Below are positions 1 through 13,892 of a stretch of 64,000 bases of DNA, piece after piece. The notes below the pieces were generated by a model. That model was given only the letters and a program-made list of their open reading frames with translations, searched no databases and was not told the DNA's origin. Source of the DNA: the human T2T-CHM13v2.0 reference genome, Homo sapiens; NCBI RefSeq assembly GCF_009914755.1, contig NC_060925.1; one strand, written 5' to 3'. Positions within the stretch are counted from its first letter, which is position 1. Each line of letters opens with the position of its first letter. Both the position numbers and the translations under genes were made by a program.

Positions 1-819
1 GTACCTCAATTACAAATGTTGATACTAAAATGCCAAATAAAATACAAATAATATCCAACAATATTTGAAACAATTAGACAAGAAATTGGCAAAAAAAAAA
101 AAAAAATCCACCTTCGGGATGAAAGTGTGTTTCCAAATTTGGTAATCCAGTAATATTAATAATCATATTGATTAGCCCAAATTAAAAATAAATAGGGGAT
201 TCTCAGTACATGCTATAATATATTTGTTAAAAGGCAATATTCATGTCTTTAAAGATTTTAAATGCTATAAAGAGTCTGATATTCTATATGCAAACATGTG
301 TATGTCCATTAGAAGAAGAGAGGCCTGATTTTCATATGTTACTACATAGAGATAGAGAAGTGGATACATTAATTTGCATATGCATAGAGAAAGCATAACA
401 TAGAAATTGACTATCATATTAAAAGAATTTTAATTCAACAATAAAATAATTCAAAGGTAAAATTTTAGATATTTTTAACAGGTACATTATTAGTATTAGA
501 TAATATTTATAATAATTGTGAAAATACTCAGCGCTAAAATAAGATACAATGTCTAAACATCAGTAATAATACTAGTATAAATATTTGCTTGTTTATACAA
601 GGAAAATTCAAGCTCGACCTAAAATTATAAGGGAAATAAAAGAAAAATATTAAGGGAGCTCTTTCACGACATAAACATATATATATAAACACACACATAT
701 AACATGTATATATGTTATATGGGATAGATATAGATTTAGCAGGTTATATCTATATTTGTATCTGTAACTACAGCTGTATGTATCCACATTTCTACATATT
801 TACTCAGTGATATAAATAT

Positions 820-1450
820 AGACTGGAATAAATATAAAGACATATATGATTCTTGGATAAAAAGGATTTAGTATCATAAAGACAAATTCTTTCCAAATTC
901 ACTTATGAATTCACAACAATATACAGTTTCATTAGTATAATTTAATATTTCTAAATAAATTTCAAGATTCATTTAAAGGAATATAAATGTATACAAGCAG
1001 TCAAGAAAGAAGCAAGAGGGCACTAAACTAACTTGCTATTAAAATACATTTTTAAACTTAGTCACTAAAACCGAGCAGTACTGATTTGGAGTACTGGAAT
1101 TTAGGTGTATGGGATCTCAAAAGCACAGAGCTCAAAGGAGACCCCTGTATGCACGAGAGCTTAGGATGTGCTTTAGAAGGCATTACCAAACCACGGGCAA
1201 AGTTACCTTAGTGTCTTAGTCTTACTAGGTTTGAAAAGCCAGAGAAAAGACTCAAGACCACCATATAAGAGCAAAACAAAAGGACAGGGAGAGAATGTGA
1301 AGATACTGAAACATTTTACATAAAGTTGTATAAAACATATTTTAAAGAAAATATAAAGTTTTGGATATACATCAAAATCAGCAGAGCCACTAAATAAATA
1401 AATAGGCATTGTAAAATAACAAGAGAAAATTTAAACGGATTTCTAAAAAC
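820..1450 (+). mobile_element. Highly degenerate old LINE-1 (L1M-type) ORF2 3' fragment; boundaries approximate
   Basis: 'gactggaataaatataaagacatatatgattcttggata...ttctttccaaattcacttatgaattcacaacaat' resembles the decayed L1 ORF2 NKWKDIPCSW...ILPKLIYRFNAI region. Confidence 0.5.
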
Positions 1451-1899
1451 ATTGACACCTATGATTTTTAAAATATGTTTAAGAAATCCCATATTTCACA
1501 GGGCAGCCTTTCACAACACAGATATGTTAGGACATAAAGGTCCTTCTGTTTTTAATTTACTAGTGTTTATAGGGTTACAAATGTCTTCTACCCTTGTCTT
1601 TTGTCTGATGGTGCAAAAATTTTTCATAAGCATGTATTTCTGAATGCCTGATGGATTGACATATATAATATGTTGCTAGTATTAAAATATGAGATGGAAA
1701 ACGCATCCAATCTTCTCACTGTTTACAGAAATTCTAGGTTTCTCCTATTTACCTCAAGCACATATGGAGCGAATTCTTACCTTTTAATATTGCCATGGCA
1801 TTCACATTGAACATAAGTTGAACTCTCTCATATGGTAGCTGGGTTCGGATTCTCTTGACAATTTCCAGTTCTAACCCTCACACTTCCTCAGTGTGGTTG

Positions 1900-2700
1900 G
1901 CCCAGATATTGACCCTACACAGTTATCTCCTCGTGGTGACTACCAGCTATGGAACCGTTGGATACAACCTACCTGACTCACCCCACAGACCTCACAGCGC
2001 ACATGGACAGCCCCCACACGCCACAGTAACCTGCTCGCTTGCAGCGGGAGTCAAGAAATGTGCCTGCTGGCACTCACCCCACCGACTAGTGCCCCGTGGA
2101 AAACTTATTTGGGTAATGTTCTGGGCCAAATATGGCTGGAGTCCCACAGACCCCTTTTCTCTCTCCTGCTCCCCACTCATCTTCCCCATTTTGTTCAGCC
2201 CTATGAGGTGTGCTACTGTATTAGTCCATTTTCACACCGCCGGTAAAGACATGCCCAAGACTGGGTAATTTCCAGAAGAAAGAGGTTTAATAGACGAACA
2301 GTTCCACATGGCTGGGTAGGCCTCACAATCATGGTGCAAGCTGAAAGGCACGTCTCACATGGCAGCAGACAAGAAAAGAGAGCTTGTGCAGGGAAACTCC
2401 CCTTTATAAAACCATCAGATCTTGTGAGACTTATTCACTATCAGAAGAACAGCATGGGAAAGACCTGCCCCCATGATTCAATTACCTCCCACCTGTTCCC
2501 TCCCACAACATGTGGGAATTCAAGATGAGATTTGGCTGGGGACACAGCTAAACCCTCTTCTCAGCTACCCTCTTCTCTCTGGATCTGTGAGTAATAAACC
2601 TACTTCTGTGATTTCCCATGTTTGGTTCTGTGGCCTCCATGTGTCTGAGCTGACCTACACTAGAACCTAACTCTCCTCCTGGCCAGGGTCTCTGAGAGTG
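1900..2700 (+). mobile_element. Old LTR of unassigned family, interrupted by THE1; boundaries approximate
   Basis: LTR-like composition with AATAAA near 2593; the sequence is continuous across the THE1 insertion (5-bp duplication GCTAC). Confidence 0.4.
2217..2563 (-). mobile_element. THE1 (MaLR) solo LTR
   Basis: Runs tgtattagtccattttcac...gatgagatttggctggggacacagctaaacc, the reverse complement of THE1; 5-bp TSD GCTAC at 2212-2216 and 2564-2568. Confidence 0.92.
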
Positions 2701-4114
2701 GCTCTTGTCAGAAATACACAGGACACAGGTCAGGCAACAGTCACCAGGCATCTCCTAGTCTCAACAGATGTTCTGTGAGAGGGAGGCCTGGTCGTGGGAT
2801 GCACACCTGGCCACCACTGGGGTAAGGAAGTGTCCTGTGAAAGGCACATGTTAAGCATCCACAACCCCCTGACCAGAACCCCAGAAAGGCAGGGATCCAA
2901 TTGACAGTCACTCTCCAGAGACAAACCTGAAGCCCTAACTGGAGGAAAAGACAACAATGTAAAAAGTTGAATTTATCTTACTATTTCAATGATCCAGTAA
3001 AGACATTCTATGCCTGTACACCACATATTTTCTTCGATTGTGGATTTATTTTAGATAGAATTTTAGGTCTGGCTTTCACTTTAGCCTGGTCCCTACCTCA
3101 AGCATAAGGTAAAGATTTTCCATGGGTTCTTTTCTGGTACTACTACCTGCCAGTGTGGGGTCATGTCCTAGTCTATCTTGAGGGAATCCCCCTGTTCATT
3201 ATTGTCAGAGTGAGACTGTTAAGTCTTGATTTCCCTGGACAACTTCACTGCATGACTTTTAATATGATTTTTTAATATACCCTTTACTGGACAATAAATT
3301 CTATAGTTATCTGAGTAAGAGATATGCTCAGGAAGAGGCATTGCCTCATTCAGCTTTTCTCTTTGGTGAACTCGCATATGTTCTCCTCACCCGCCAGTCA
3401 CCCCTAAACCGTATTGTTCCAAGACAACAAACAGAACTCGAGTGTTTATCTTTCACCACTGGATTTGTGTTTGCTCCATAAAGCTTCATGCTTAACAGAG
3501 TTTCTGTTAGCATTTTCTCTATTTATTTTCCCATAAAATATCACAGGCCTTCTTCTTATGGAATTATGGGTGATTTCCTTCAATCTGCATCATATCAAGT
3601 TGAGGTTCATGTTGATGAAAAGTAAAACATACGTTGAAAATATCAGTAAGGATGTTTTCCCCTCCTTTTTAGCACCTGTGCTTGTGATACAAGCACATTT
3701 TAATACAATTGTAGTCTCATGCTTTGATCATTCCTATGATGAAAATAACATTTTTAGATAAAATATCTGAGTTTTATGAGGCCTTTAGTATGTGATGTGA
3801 TAGAATATCAGAAGACCATACTTTTTTCTAGTTGTCCGTGCAATTCTATCATTGTTTCATCTTTACTCCTACCAGAGTAATTTTCCAAAATAGATATCTT
3901 GTCATTCTTCCTGTTGTTATCAGTAAATAAGTGAAATGAAAAGCTAGATTATATAATTTATCTAGAACAAGAAAGTAGAATTGAATCTATATTCATTAAT
4001 GAGACTAGTCAATTACACAGACAGGCATTTTACATTTTGAAGATCATATGGACCCATTGTCAGAAATATTATTATTTATGTCTATATGGACATCACCTGT
4101 GCATATTTACATAG

Positions 4115-4441
<327 letters not shown>

Positions 4442-5424
4442 GGAAGCTGATTTTTAAAATACTGAGATCATATAGATGACAGCATCTGAAAAATAGACAA
4501 CACCAAGTTTTACGTTAAAAGGTGTGAGGGTAGCAATATGGTTGTGGCTATTGGGGAGGAAACCATTAGTAAAACCAGTAAGTTAAAGCTCTTGCTTTAA
4601 ACTTTGGCTATAATTTAACAAATGTTCTATGGAGTGACAGTATGTATGTAACCATGCTATACCCATTCACAGATGCAGTAGAGGGAAGAATTTCTCAAAG
4701 ACAACTGTTCTAAGACTCAAATTAAACCGTCCTGGGTTTGAAAAGAGAAAGTCCAGGAATTACCAAATATTTTAGATATCAGATACAAGAGAATGCCAGG
4801 TATGCGATGATAATCAGCAATGGTTGTTCACACAATACATCAAATCAGTATTTGAATTAGCTTCTGAATTACAAGGACAAATGGATCAAGTCTAGACTCT
4901 TTAGTAGAGAAATCTTATCAGGCTGAGATGTGTTTTCCCCTGTTTTTCCACAAGGAGATTACTAATTTGGAAACCTCAGCTGCTCTTATTTTATGCTCTC
5001 ACCAAGCCAAAAGCTGAAGTTCATCAATCAGTGTGTCTAAGTGTTCACTGGTTATATACCATTTTGTAGTTTCAGCTATCTTTCCAACTTCCTAAATCAT
5101 CACCTTCATTTGATCTTGTTTTTTTCCACTATCACTTCTTTATTGACCATATAAAGAATATAAGTAAGTTCTTATTTTGTTATTGTTCATTTTAGTCTAA
5201 TTTCATCAAAAGATCACAATCTTTTAATTTCATTTTAATTTCAAAGATTAAATGAAACCTACATAGAAATGAGTGTAAGATTTGCATTTGCATTATTTTG
5301 GCATCAATTTGCTATCCTCCCTCATGCACATAGAGATCATTTCCATGTATGTGATTTCAAACATCCAAGGGCAGTATTAAAAGCAGTTGTAAATTATGGT
5401 TCTCATTTTCATGATACAATTACA

Positions 5425-6239
5425 ATATAAACTTCCTCTTGCTGCTGTAACCAATTACCACAAACTTCATATATTACAATAAAGTGACCGTTAATCCAAC
5501 AGTTCTGTAGTACAGAAGCCTTAAATGAAACTAGCAGGGCTAACATCAAGTTTTGGGTAGGGCTGCAGTCTTTCTGAGGGCTATGTGGCATAATCTATTA
5601 CTTGATATTTTTCAGCATCCAGAGGCCACCTTTATTCTTTGGAACATGACCTCATTCTTATATCCTATTTTTCTTTTTTTTTTTTCAGATGGAGTCTCCT
5701 TCTGTCACCAAGGCTGTAGTGCAGTGGCACGATCTCAGCTCACTGCAACCTCTGCCTCCCGGGTTCAAGTGATTCTTCTGACTCAGCTTCCTGAGTAGCT
5801 TGGACTACAGACACTTGCCACCACACCCAGTTAATTTTTTGTATTTTTAGTAGGGATGGGGTTTCACCATGTTAGCCAGGATGGTCTCGATCTCCTGACC
5901 TCGGGATAAACCCACCCTAGCCTCCCAAAGTGCTGGGATTAGGCGTAAGCCACCCCACTGGGTCCTCATTCTTGTATCTTAAAAGTCAGTGATGTTGAGT
6001 AATTTCTCATGCCACCACCTCCAAGGTTGCCTTTCTTCTGCCTTCTTCTTTCACTTAAAAGGAAGTTTGTGATTTCATTGATCCCACCCATTTAAGACAA
6101 TCTCTCTATCGTTTTTCTGCAACCTTAATTTCACTTGAAATCTAATTTCACACTGCCGTGCAACCTAACATATTTGTATGTTAGACTCTGGGAATTAGGA
6201 CATGAAAATTTTTGGGAGGCCATTCTTTGGCCTACAGCA
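5425..6239 (-). mobile_element. MLT1 (MaLR) LTR split by an Alu
   Basis: gctgctgtaaccaattaccacaaact...ggaattaggacatg...ttttgggaggccattctttggcctacagca are MLT1 hallmarks. Confidence 0.75.
5667..5964 (-). mobile_element. AluS-type SINE with TSD
   Basis: Full antisense Alu; TSD ctcattctt(a/g)tatc(c/t)t at 5651-5666 and 5965-5980; TT/AAGA endonuclease-type site. Confidence 0.93.
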
Positions 6240-6324
6240 GACATAATCTATTTACCTGCAGATTAAAGCTTTCTATATGTTTCTGACTCCCTCTCTTAAT
6301 TTTCTAAAATAATATTAATTGCAA

Positions 6325-6897
6325 TAAAGAGAAAGAAAGAAAAGAAAACAAAGAAAGAAAAAGATGGAAGGAAAGAAGGAAGGAAGGAATAAAGAAAGAA
6401 AGAGAAAAGAAGGAGGAAATGAGGGAAGGATGGGAGGGAGGGAGGAAGGGAGAAAGGCAGGAAGGGAGAAAACAGAAAACATGAACACAAGAAAGAAAGA
6501 AGGAAAGGAAGGGAGGAAGGAAAGGAGGAAGAGAGAATGGTAAAAGGGAGGAAGGCAAAGAAACAAAGAAAAGAAACAGGCGAAGGAAGGAAAGAAAAAG
6601 AGGAAAGGAAGGGAGGGAGGAAGGAAGAAAAAAGGAAAGAAAGCAAGAACGTGAGAAAGAAAGAAAGAATATGAGAAAAGAAGGAAGAAAAGGGAGGGAG
6701 AAAGGAAGGGAGGGATTAGGGAAGGAAGAATAAGAGGAAAGAAACAAAGAAGGAAAGAAGGAAGGAAGGAGAAAAAAAGAAGGAAAAGAAAGAAAGGAAA
6801 AGAAAAAAGAAAAGGAAGAGGAAAAGAAGAAAGGAAGGAAGAAGGCAAGTGAAGGGAAGAGAAGAGAAAGGAAGATGGAAAGAAGTAAGGAAGAACG
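6325..6897 (+). repeat. ~570-bp (GAAA/GGAA)n polypurine low-complexity tract
   Basis: Almost exclusively A/G on the + strand. Confidence 0.97.
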
Positions 6898-6959
6898 CTA
6901 ATGTTATAAATTCTGGGTTTGTTAGAGAATATGCCATATTGTTTTTTTTTCACTAGAAA

Positions 6960-7760
6960 GGAAAGATTATCTGCCATTGAAGATTGGATGTCTTGTTGGT
7001 GATATTGTTGTTCTTAACTTCCACATGATTATTGAGTTTGTGCCTTGTCTTTCCATTACTAAGACAAAAGTGTTGAAGTCTGCAAATATAATTTTGATTT
7101 TTTCTAGTTCACCTTTGATTTCTTTCTTGTTTTACCTCATGTATTTGGAGGTTCTGTTGTTAGCTGCATACCCTAATTAGTAGGATGTTTACATCTTCTT
7201 GTATGTAATTGATGATTCTATTATGTATTATCTCTCATCTCTGATACTATTTCTTGTTCCGAACTCTGTTGTGGCTAATATCGATGTAGTCCTTCCACAG
7301 CCTTATTTTAGTGTTTCCATGATATGGCTTTCTCCATATCTTGATGATAACCTATTTATATCTCTATATATTTGGAGCAAGATATAAAATTTAGACCTGA
7401 CTTTTTAAAGATTTTTCAAGATGTAATTCTTATTTCTTTTTGTTCTATTTGACATTCTCTGAGTTTCCTATATTTGAAGTTTGATTTTCTGTCACTTCTT
7501 TTACAATATTTTTGGCAGTTATTTTGAAAAATATTTCTTTTGCTCCATTATTTTTCCCTCTTTTCTTTTTGGGATTTCAATCATAACTAGAGTAGGTAAT
7601 TTGATCTCAGTCTTATGCAGGTACTTTTTCTCAGGGTCTCAGGAATGTAACCTTCTCACACTTCTGTTCTTTTCCTGGCTGTGTTGGTGAGCTCAGTGAT
7701 ATTCCTCCTTCACCTTCTAGAGCAGGTTTGTTTTGTTTTTCTTGTTTTCATACTCCCAGC
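6960..7760 (-). mobile_element. Degenerate L1M fragments; boundaries approximate
   Basis: T-rich antisense L1-like motifs (gtgttgaagtctgcaaatataatt, atgtatttggaggttctgttgttagctgcata). Confidence 0.6.
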
Positions 7761-7818
7761 ATCAGGAGTATTCTAAGTGTGGCAGTTTTTGTTGCCTTCC
7801 CCTACATATTAAGTGGAA

Positions 7819-8096
7819 TATCTTGCTCTATTTGGACTCTTATAACAAAATAACATAAACTGAGTGACTAAAAAGCAACAGATTTTTTTTTCACACTTCT
7901 TGAGGCTGTAAGATCTCAGGTCAAGATGCTCACAAATTCAGTGTTGATGAGAGCCCATTTCATGGTTCATAGATAGTGCCTTCTTTCTATGTCCTCACGT
8001 AGTGGAAGGCACACAAGAACTCCATTGAGCTTCTTTTATAAAGACACTAATCCCATTCATATGGGCTCGACCCCCAAGACCTGGTCACCTCCGAAG
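7819..8096 (-). mobile_element. MLT1A/MST-type MaLR LTR fragment
   Basis: ataacaaaataacataaactgagtgac...tcttttataaagacactaatcccattcat. Confidence 0.75.
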
Positions 8097-8465
8097 TGTT
8101 CTGCTCTCCCTGATCTGTGTCATATACAGACTCTCTTGAATTCCTTACCAATTGCTTGAGAGATCGCATTGAGTTTGTGGGGAAAATGTTTTCAAGATGG
8201 TGGATCTTTCCCAACTTCTGCAGCTGTCAGCGGTCTCCCAATCTCACCAGCCCCACTTTGTCTTTAGGAATTTATTGATTATTCCAGCTTTACTTGTCAT
8301 AGTGGTGTCTATACGCATCTGTCCTATGTAAGTGCGTCTGTCCTTTTTCTCCTTGCAGGTGCAAGTACTCAGGAGTACACTGTTGTTACTAATTACTCAG
8401 TATTGGTTGGTACATTGTCAAAGACCAAAGAACATTTTTAAAGATAAAAAAAAGTCTTGGAGGTT

Positions 8466-9085
8466 GTGTAATGAAGGGTTAATTCTGCAGACATGGCTTT
8501 CCAAAATCTTGCGCATTCCAAAGGTCTTCAGGACTGGCCCTTGACAAGCTCCTGGGAGATGTTAACCTATGAGCCCTTGGTATATGTTGCCTGATGTGAG
8601 TCTTTGCATACATGAAAACGTAGGTCATATCAAATAGCTGATGCTAACAACGTGATTTCTTGTGAGCACCTGTTTCTGTATGCCTATGACTTTGTGTAAT
8701 GCCATATTAATATGACCTCTCTTAACGCATAGGGAGGTTGGGAACTGAGTAGCTATGTTCAGTCACAGGACGCTTGATGCATATGTGGCGGAATCCTAAT
8801 AAAAACCCTGGACTCAAGACTGACTGAGCTTCCCTAGTTGGTAATAAGTTCACACATGTCTCACACCATTGTAAAGAAAATTAGTCAGTGTGAAGTCCCC
8901 ACTATGAAAGGACACCTGTAAGCTCACATCTGGTTTGTCCTGGACTCAACTTTATGTGCTTTTATGCTTCTGATTATTTTAATCTGGTTTCTTTCACTGT
9001 TAGAAACTATAACCACAAAAAAAAATCAGCTTTCTTGGGTTATGTGAATCATTAAGCCAAAGGGGGACTTGGGGACCCCCAATAA
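8466..9085 (+). mobile_element. MER21/MER68/MER77-group solo LTR
   Basis: Starts tgtgtaatgaagggttaa; contains aataaaaaccctggactc and gagcttccctagttgg; ends ggacttggggacccc. Confidence 0.65.
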
Positions 9086-10619
9086 AATGTATATATATTC
9101 TTAAAAAGAAAAAGTAAACTGGCTATAGCAGATATTGCTGATGACTTGTCTTCTATGTCCTGGACTCAATGTGTTCATCTGAAATTCACCTGATTCCAGC
9201 TAACTGAGAGCTCCCCACATCATGCCTGTCTTTCTGATTTTTGGGCCTGCCTGCAAGCTTCTTGAGGCTAACCAGTGCTTCTCAACCACACATAGGAACA
9301 AAGAAGGAGTTAGGGGTGGAGAGTTAATGATTCTAAGGCAATCCTTAAGCAATAAGAGATGGGGATTCCAGCATCCCCATCTCTTTGTAAAGTTATTTTG
9401 ACACAATCTCCATACCTCCATCATTACTGAGCACACAGTAGTAACTACTCATTGACACTGGCTTCGTGTTCTGTTTCATTTTCTCCACTTCTGTGCTTTC
9501 TCACTCAATTTCTGATTAAAGTATCTGACCCCAGATATTTGTTTCATAGTCTATTTTTGAGGGAATCCAGAGCCAAGACAATAACAATGGGAGCTTTGCA
9601 ATGAGGGAGGGTGAGTATAATCATCAGAAGGTTACCTACCTCACTGGGAACATGGAGGCCTGGAGAGCTTGCTGTTTCAATGAGAGAAACATGTTGAATC
9701 TCAGTTCAATACATATATATATATGTGCAATAAGACGTGCCCTTTATTTATATCAAAGGAAAGTGCTCTTTACCTCTCTTTGTTGTTGTGTTTTTATCAC
9801 TATTGCCTACACAAGCAGAATATCATACCCAGGATTTAAAGCCCTCTCTGCAGGATTTTCAAGCTCATGTTTTTATCATAAGTCACTCTGCTTCCATGTG
9901 TTTTCAATCTAATCCTCATTCCTCTGCTTTTACACCAGAGAATTCATCACTGACTTATTTTTGACTGACCTTCTTATAGAGCTGTCAAGTACACAATTTC
10001 TGCTGTGACCTTTCTCTTAGAGTTCAGTCATATAGCCTCTCACTAGATATCATTTCCTCTTATCTTTCCTAATAATGAATTGTCAGTTAAAACTCAACAT
10101 TTTTAAGATTGAGCTTACCATCTGCACACACACACACACACCATTATTGGTGTATTCTCATAGCCTTGAAACACTAATGTCACCTTGATGTCTGCCTTTT
10201 CTCTCTCTGCTACCTCATTCCTCATCCTTAGATTGTTCTAAAAGATTCAATTAGATCAAATTGGCTAATTATATTTTTAAGATCCTCTCTACCCTTCCCA
10301 ACATTTCGTTTAACAAAATTTAAAAATTTCTGGCAGGAGACTGTTGAAATCCCCATGGATGACTATGGTTTTACTATTTTACCTTTCAGTTTTAATAGGT
10401 TTTATATTAAGTATTTTGAAGTAATGCTATTGTGTGCATACATATTTCTTATTTACATGACTTCTTGGTGTATTTTCCCCTTTTTCATTTTGAAATGTTA
10501 TTCTTCATCCCCAGTGATATTTCCTGTTCTGATGTCTACTTTCCTCATCACAGTTTTAGGGAGTTTTGGTTTGTTTGTTTTTCTATTGTTTGGTTCAAGT
10601 AAGTTTCTTATAAATCTCT

Positions 10620-13280
10620 TCGATTCCATTCAATGATTCCATTTGTTTCCATTCGAAGATTCCACTCGATTCCATTCGATGATGATTCCATTCGAGTCCA
10701 TTCAATGATTCCATTCGAGTCCATTCGATGACGATTCCATTAGAGTCCATTCGATGATTCAATTCGATTCCATTTGATTCCATTTGATGATGATTCCATT
10801 AGAGTCCATTCGATGATTCCATTCGAGTCCATTTGATGATTCCATCCGATTCCATTCAATGATGACACAATTCAAGTCCCTTCATTGATTCCATTCAATT
10901 CCATTCTATGATGACTGCATTCGGTTCCATACGATGATGATTCCAACGGATTCCATTCAATTTCTCCATTCGATTCCATTCCTTGCTGATTCCATTCAAT
11001 TCCATTAGATGATAACTCCACTAGATTCCTTTCAATGTTGATTTCATTAGATTCTATTCGATGATGATCCAATTTGATTCTGTTCAATGATGATTCTATT
11101 TGATTCCGTTCAATAATTTCATTCAATTCCATTCGAAGATTCCATTCGTTTCCATTCGATGGTGATTCCATTCCTGTCCAATCGTTTATTCCATTCGATT
11201 CCATTCGATGATGATTACATGTGAGTCCATTCGATGATTCCATTTGATTCCATGCGATGATGATTCCATTGAGTCCATTCGATGATTTCATTTGATTCCA
11301 TTAGATGAGGACTGCAATCGGTTCCATTCGATGATGATTCTAACGGACTCCATTTGAAGACTCCATTCGATTCCATTCATTGATGATTCTATTTGATTCC
11401 ATTTGATGATGATTCCTTTCGATTCTATTCGATGATTATTCCATTCGATTCCATTCGATGATGATTTCATTCGAGTCCATTCGGTGATTCCATTTGATTC
11501 CATTCAATGATGATTCCATTCAAGTCCATTCGAGGATTGTATTCGAATCCATCTGATGATTGCTTTTGATTATATTCGACGATGATTCCACTCGAGTCTA
11601 TTCGATGATTCCATTCGATTCCATTCGATGATGATTCCATTCGAGTCCATTTGATGATTCCATTTGATTCTATTCTCCGATGATTACATTCGAGTACATT
11701 CAATGATTCCACTTGATTCCATACAATGATGATTTCGTTCAATTCCATTCGATGATTCCATTCTATTCCATTCAATGATGATTCCATTCAGGTCAATTAG
11801 ATGATTCCATTCGATTCCATTCGATGATTATTCCATTCGAGTCCATTCGATGATCCCATTTGATTCCATTTTATGATGATTCCATTTGGGTACAATAGAT
11901 GATTCCATTCGATGATGTTTCTATTGCAGTCCACTAGATGATTCCATTCGATTCCATTTGATTATGATTCCATTCGAGTCCATTCAGTGATTCCATTCGA
12001 TTCCATTTGATGATGATTCCATTCGATTCCATTCGATGATGATTTCACTCGAGTCCATTTGATGATTCCATTTGATTCCGTTAGATGATGATTCCATTCA
12101 ATTCCATTCAATGATTCTATTCTAATCCATTTGATGATTGCTTTTGATTATATTCGATGATGATTCCACTCGAGCCCATTCGATGATTCCATTCGATGAT
12201 GATTCCATTCGAGTCCATTTGATGATTCCATTTGATTCCATTCTCCGATGATTAAGTTCGAGTCCATTCGATGATTCCACTTGATTCCATACAATGATGA
12301 TTCCGTTCAATTCCATTCAATGATTCCATTCTATTCCATTCAATGATAATTCCATTCGAGTACATTAGATGATTCCATTCGATTCCATTCGATGATGATT
12401 CTATTCTTCCCCATTAGATGATTCCACACGATTCCATTCGATGATGATTCTATTTGAGTCCATTCGATGATTCCATTCGATTCCATTTGATGATGACCGC
12501 ATTCCATTCCATTCATTGGTGATTCCATTCAATTCCATTCATTGATTCCATTACATTCCATTCAACAATGATTCCATTTGATTCCATTCGATGATTACAC
12601 TTGATTCCACTTGACGATGACTCCACTTGATTCCATTCGATGATTCCATTTGATTCTATTTGATGATAATTCCATTCGATTCCATTCGATGAGGATTGCA
12701 TTCAATTACATTCAAAGATTCCATTCGATTCCATTTGATGATGATTCCATTCGATTCCATTTGATGATTCCATTTGATTCCATTTGAGGATTCCACTCTA
12801 TTCCATTCGATGATCATTCCATTCGAGTCCATTCAATGATTCCATTCCAGTCCATTTGATGATTCCATTTGATTCCATTCGATGATGATTCCATTTCATT
12901 CCATTCAATGATTCCATTCGATTCCATTCGATGATTCCATATGAGTCCTTTCGATTATTCCAGTCGAGTCCATTCGATGATCCCATTTGATACCATTCGA
13001 TGATAATTCCATTGGAGTCCATTTGATGATGATTCCATTCGATTCAATTGCATAATTCCGTTCGATTCCATTCGATGATTCCCTCAGAATCCTTTCGATG
13101 ATGATTCCATTCGATTCCATTCGATGATGATTCCATTTAATTCCATTCGATGTTGATTCCATTCGATTCCATTCGATGATGATTCCTTTCGATTCCATTC
13201 AATGATGATTCCATTCTATTCCATTCGATGATTCCACTCAATTGCATTCGATGATGATTCCATTTGTGTCCATTCGATGA
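10620..13280 (+). repeat. Human satellite II (HSATII/HSat2) island, ~2.7 kb
   Basis: Diverged (CATTC)n with the HSat2 signature CATTCGATTCCATTCGATGATGATTC and CATTCGAGTC. Confidence 0.97.
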
Positions 13281-13330
13281 CACAATATATAATTAATTAA
13301 TTAATATATATAAAATATGTCCCTAGATAA

Positions 13331-13741
<411 letters not shown>

Positions 13742-13892
13742 TAAATACCTCCTATGGCTTATGTGCCAGAATTCAGCTTGGGGGAGTTCCTTAGAGATGT
13801 TCTCATAGAAATCTCTACAGAAGCCCCCATAACTCCATAACTTAGCATCCATTCTTTCCATACTTACTCTTTCCTCTTCTGTCCTGCATTAG

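Noticed and set aside
6296-6977. Several 116-220 aa minus-strand ORFs rich in F/L/S/P
   Set aside because: They are translations of the polypyrimidine strand of the GA-rich tract and are open only because that composition lacks stop codons.
10595-13198. Repetitive 'MESNGIIEW' ORFs and a CRISPR-like appearance
   Set aside because: This is HSATII satellite: diverged 5-mer-based tandem repeats with no unique spacers and no cas genes, in a primate context.
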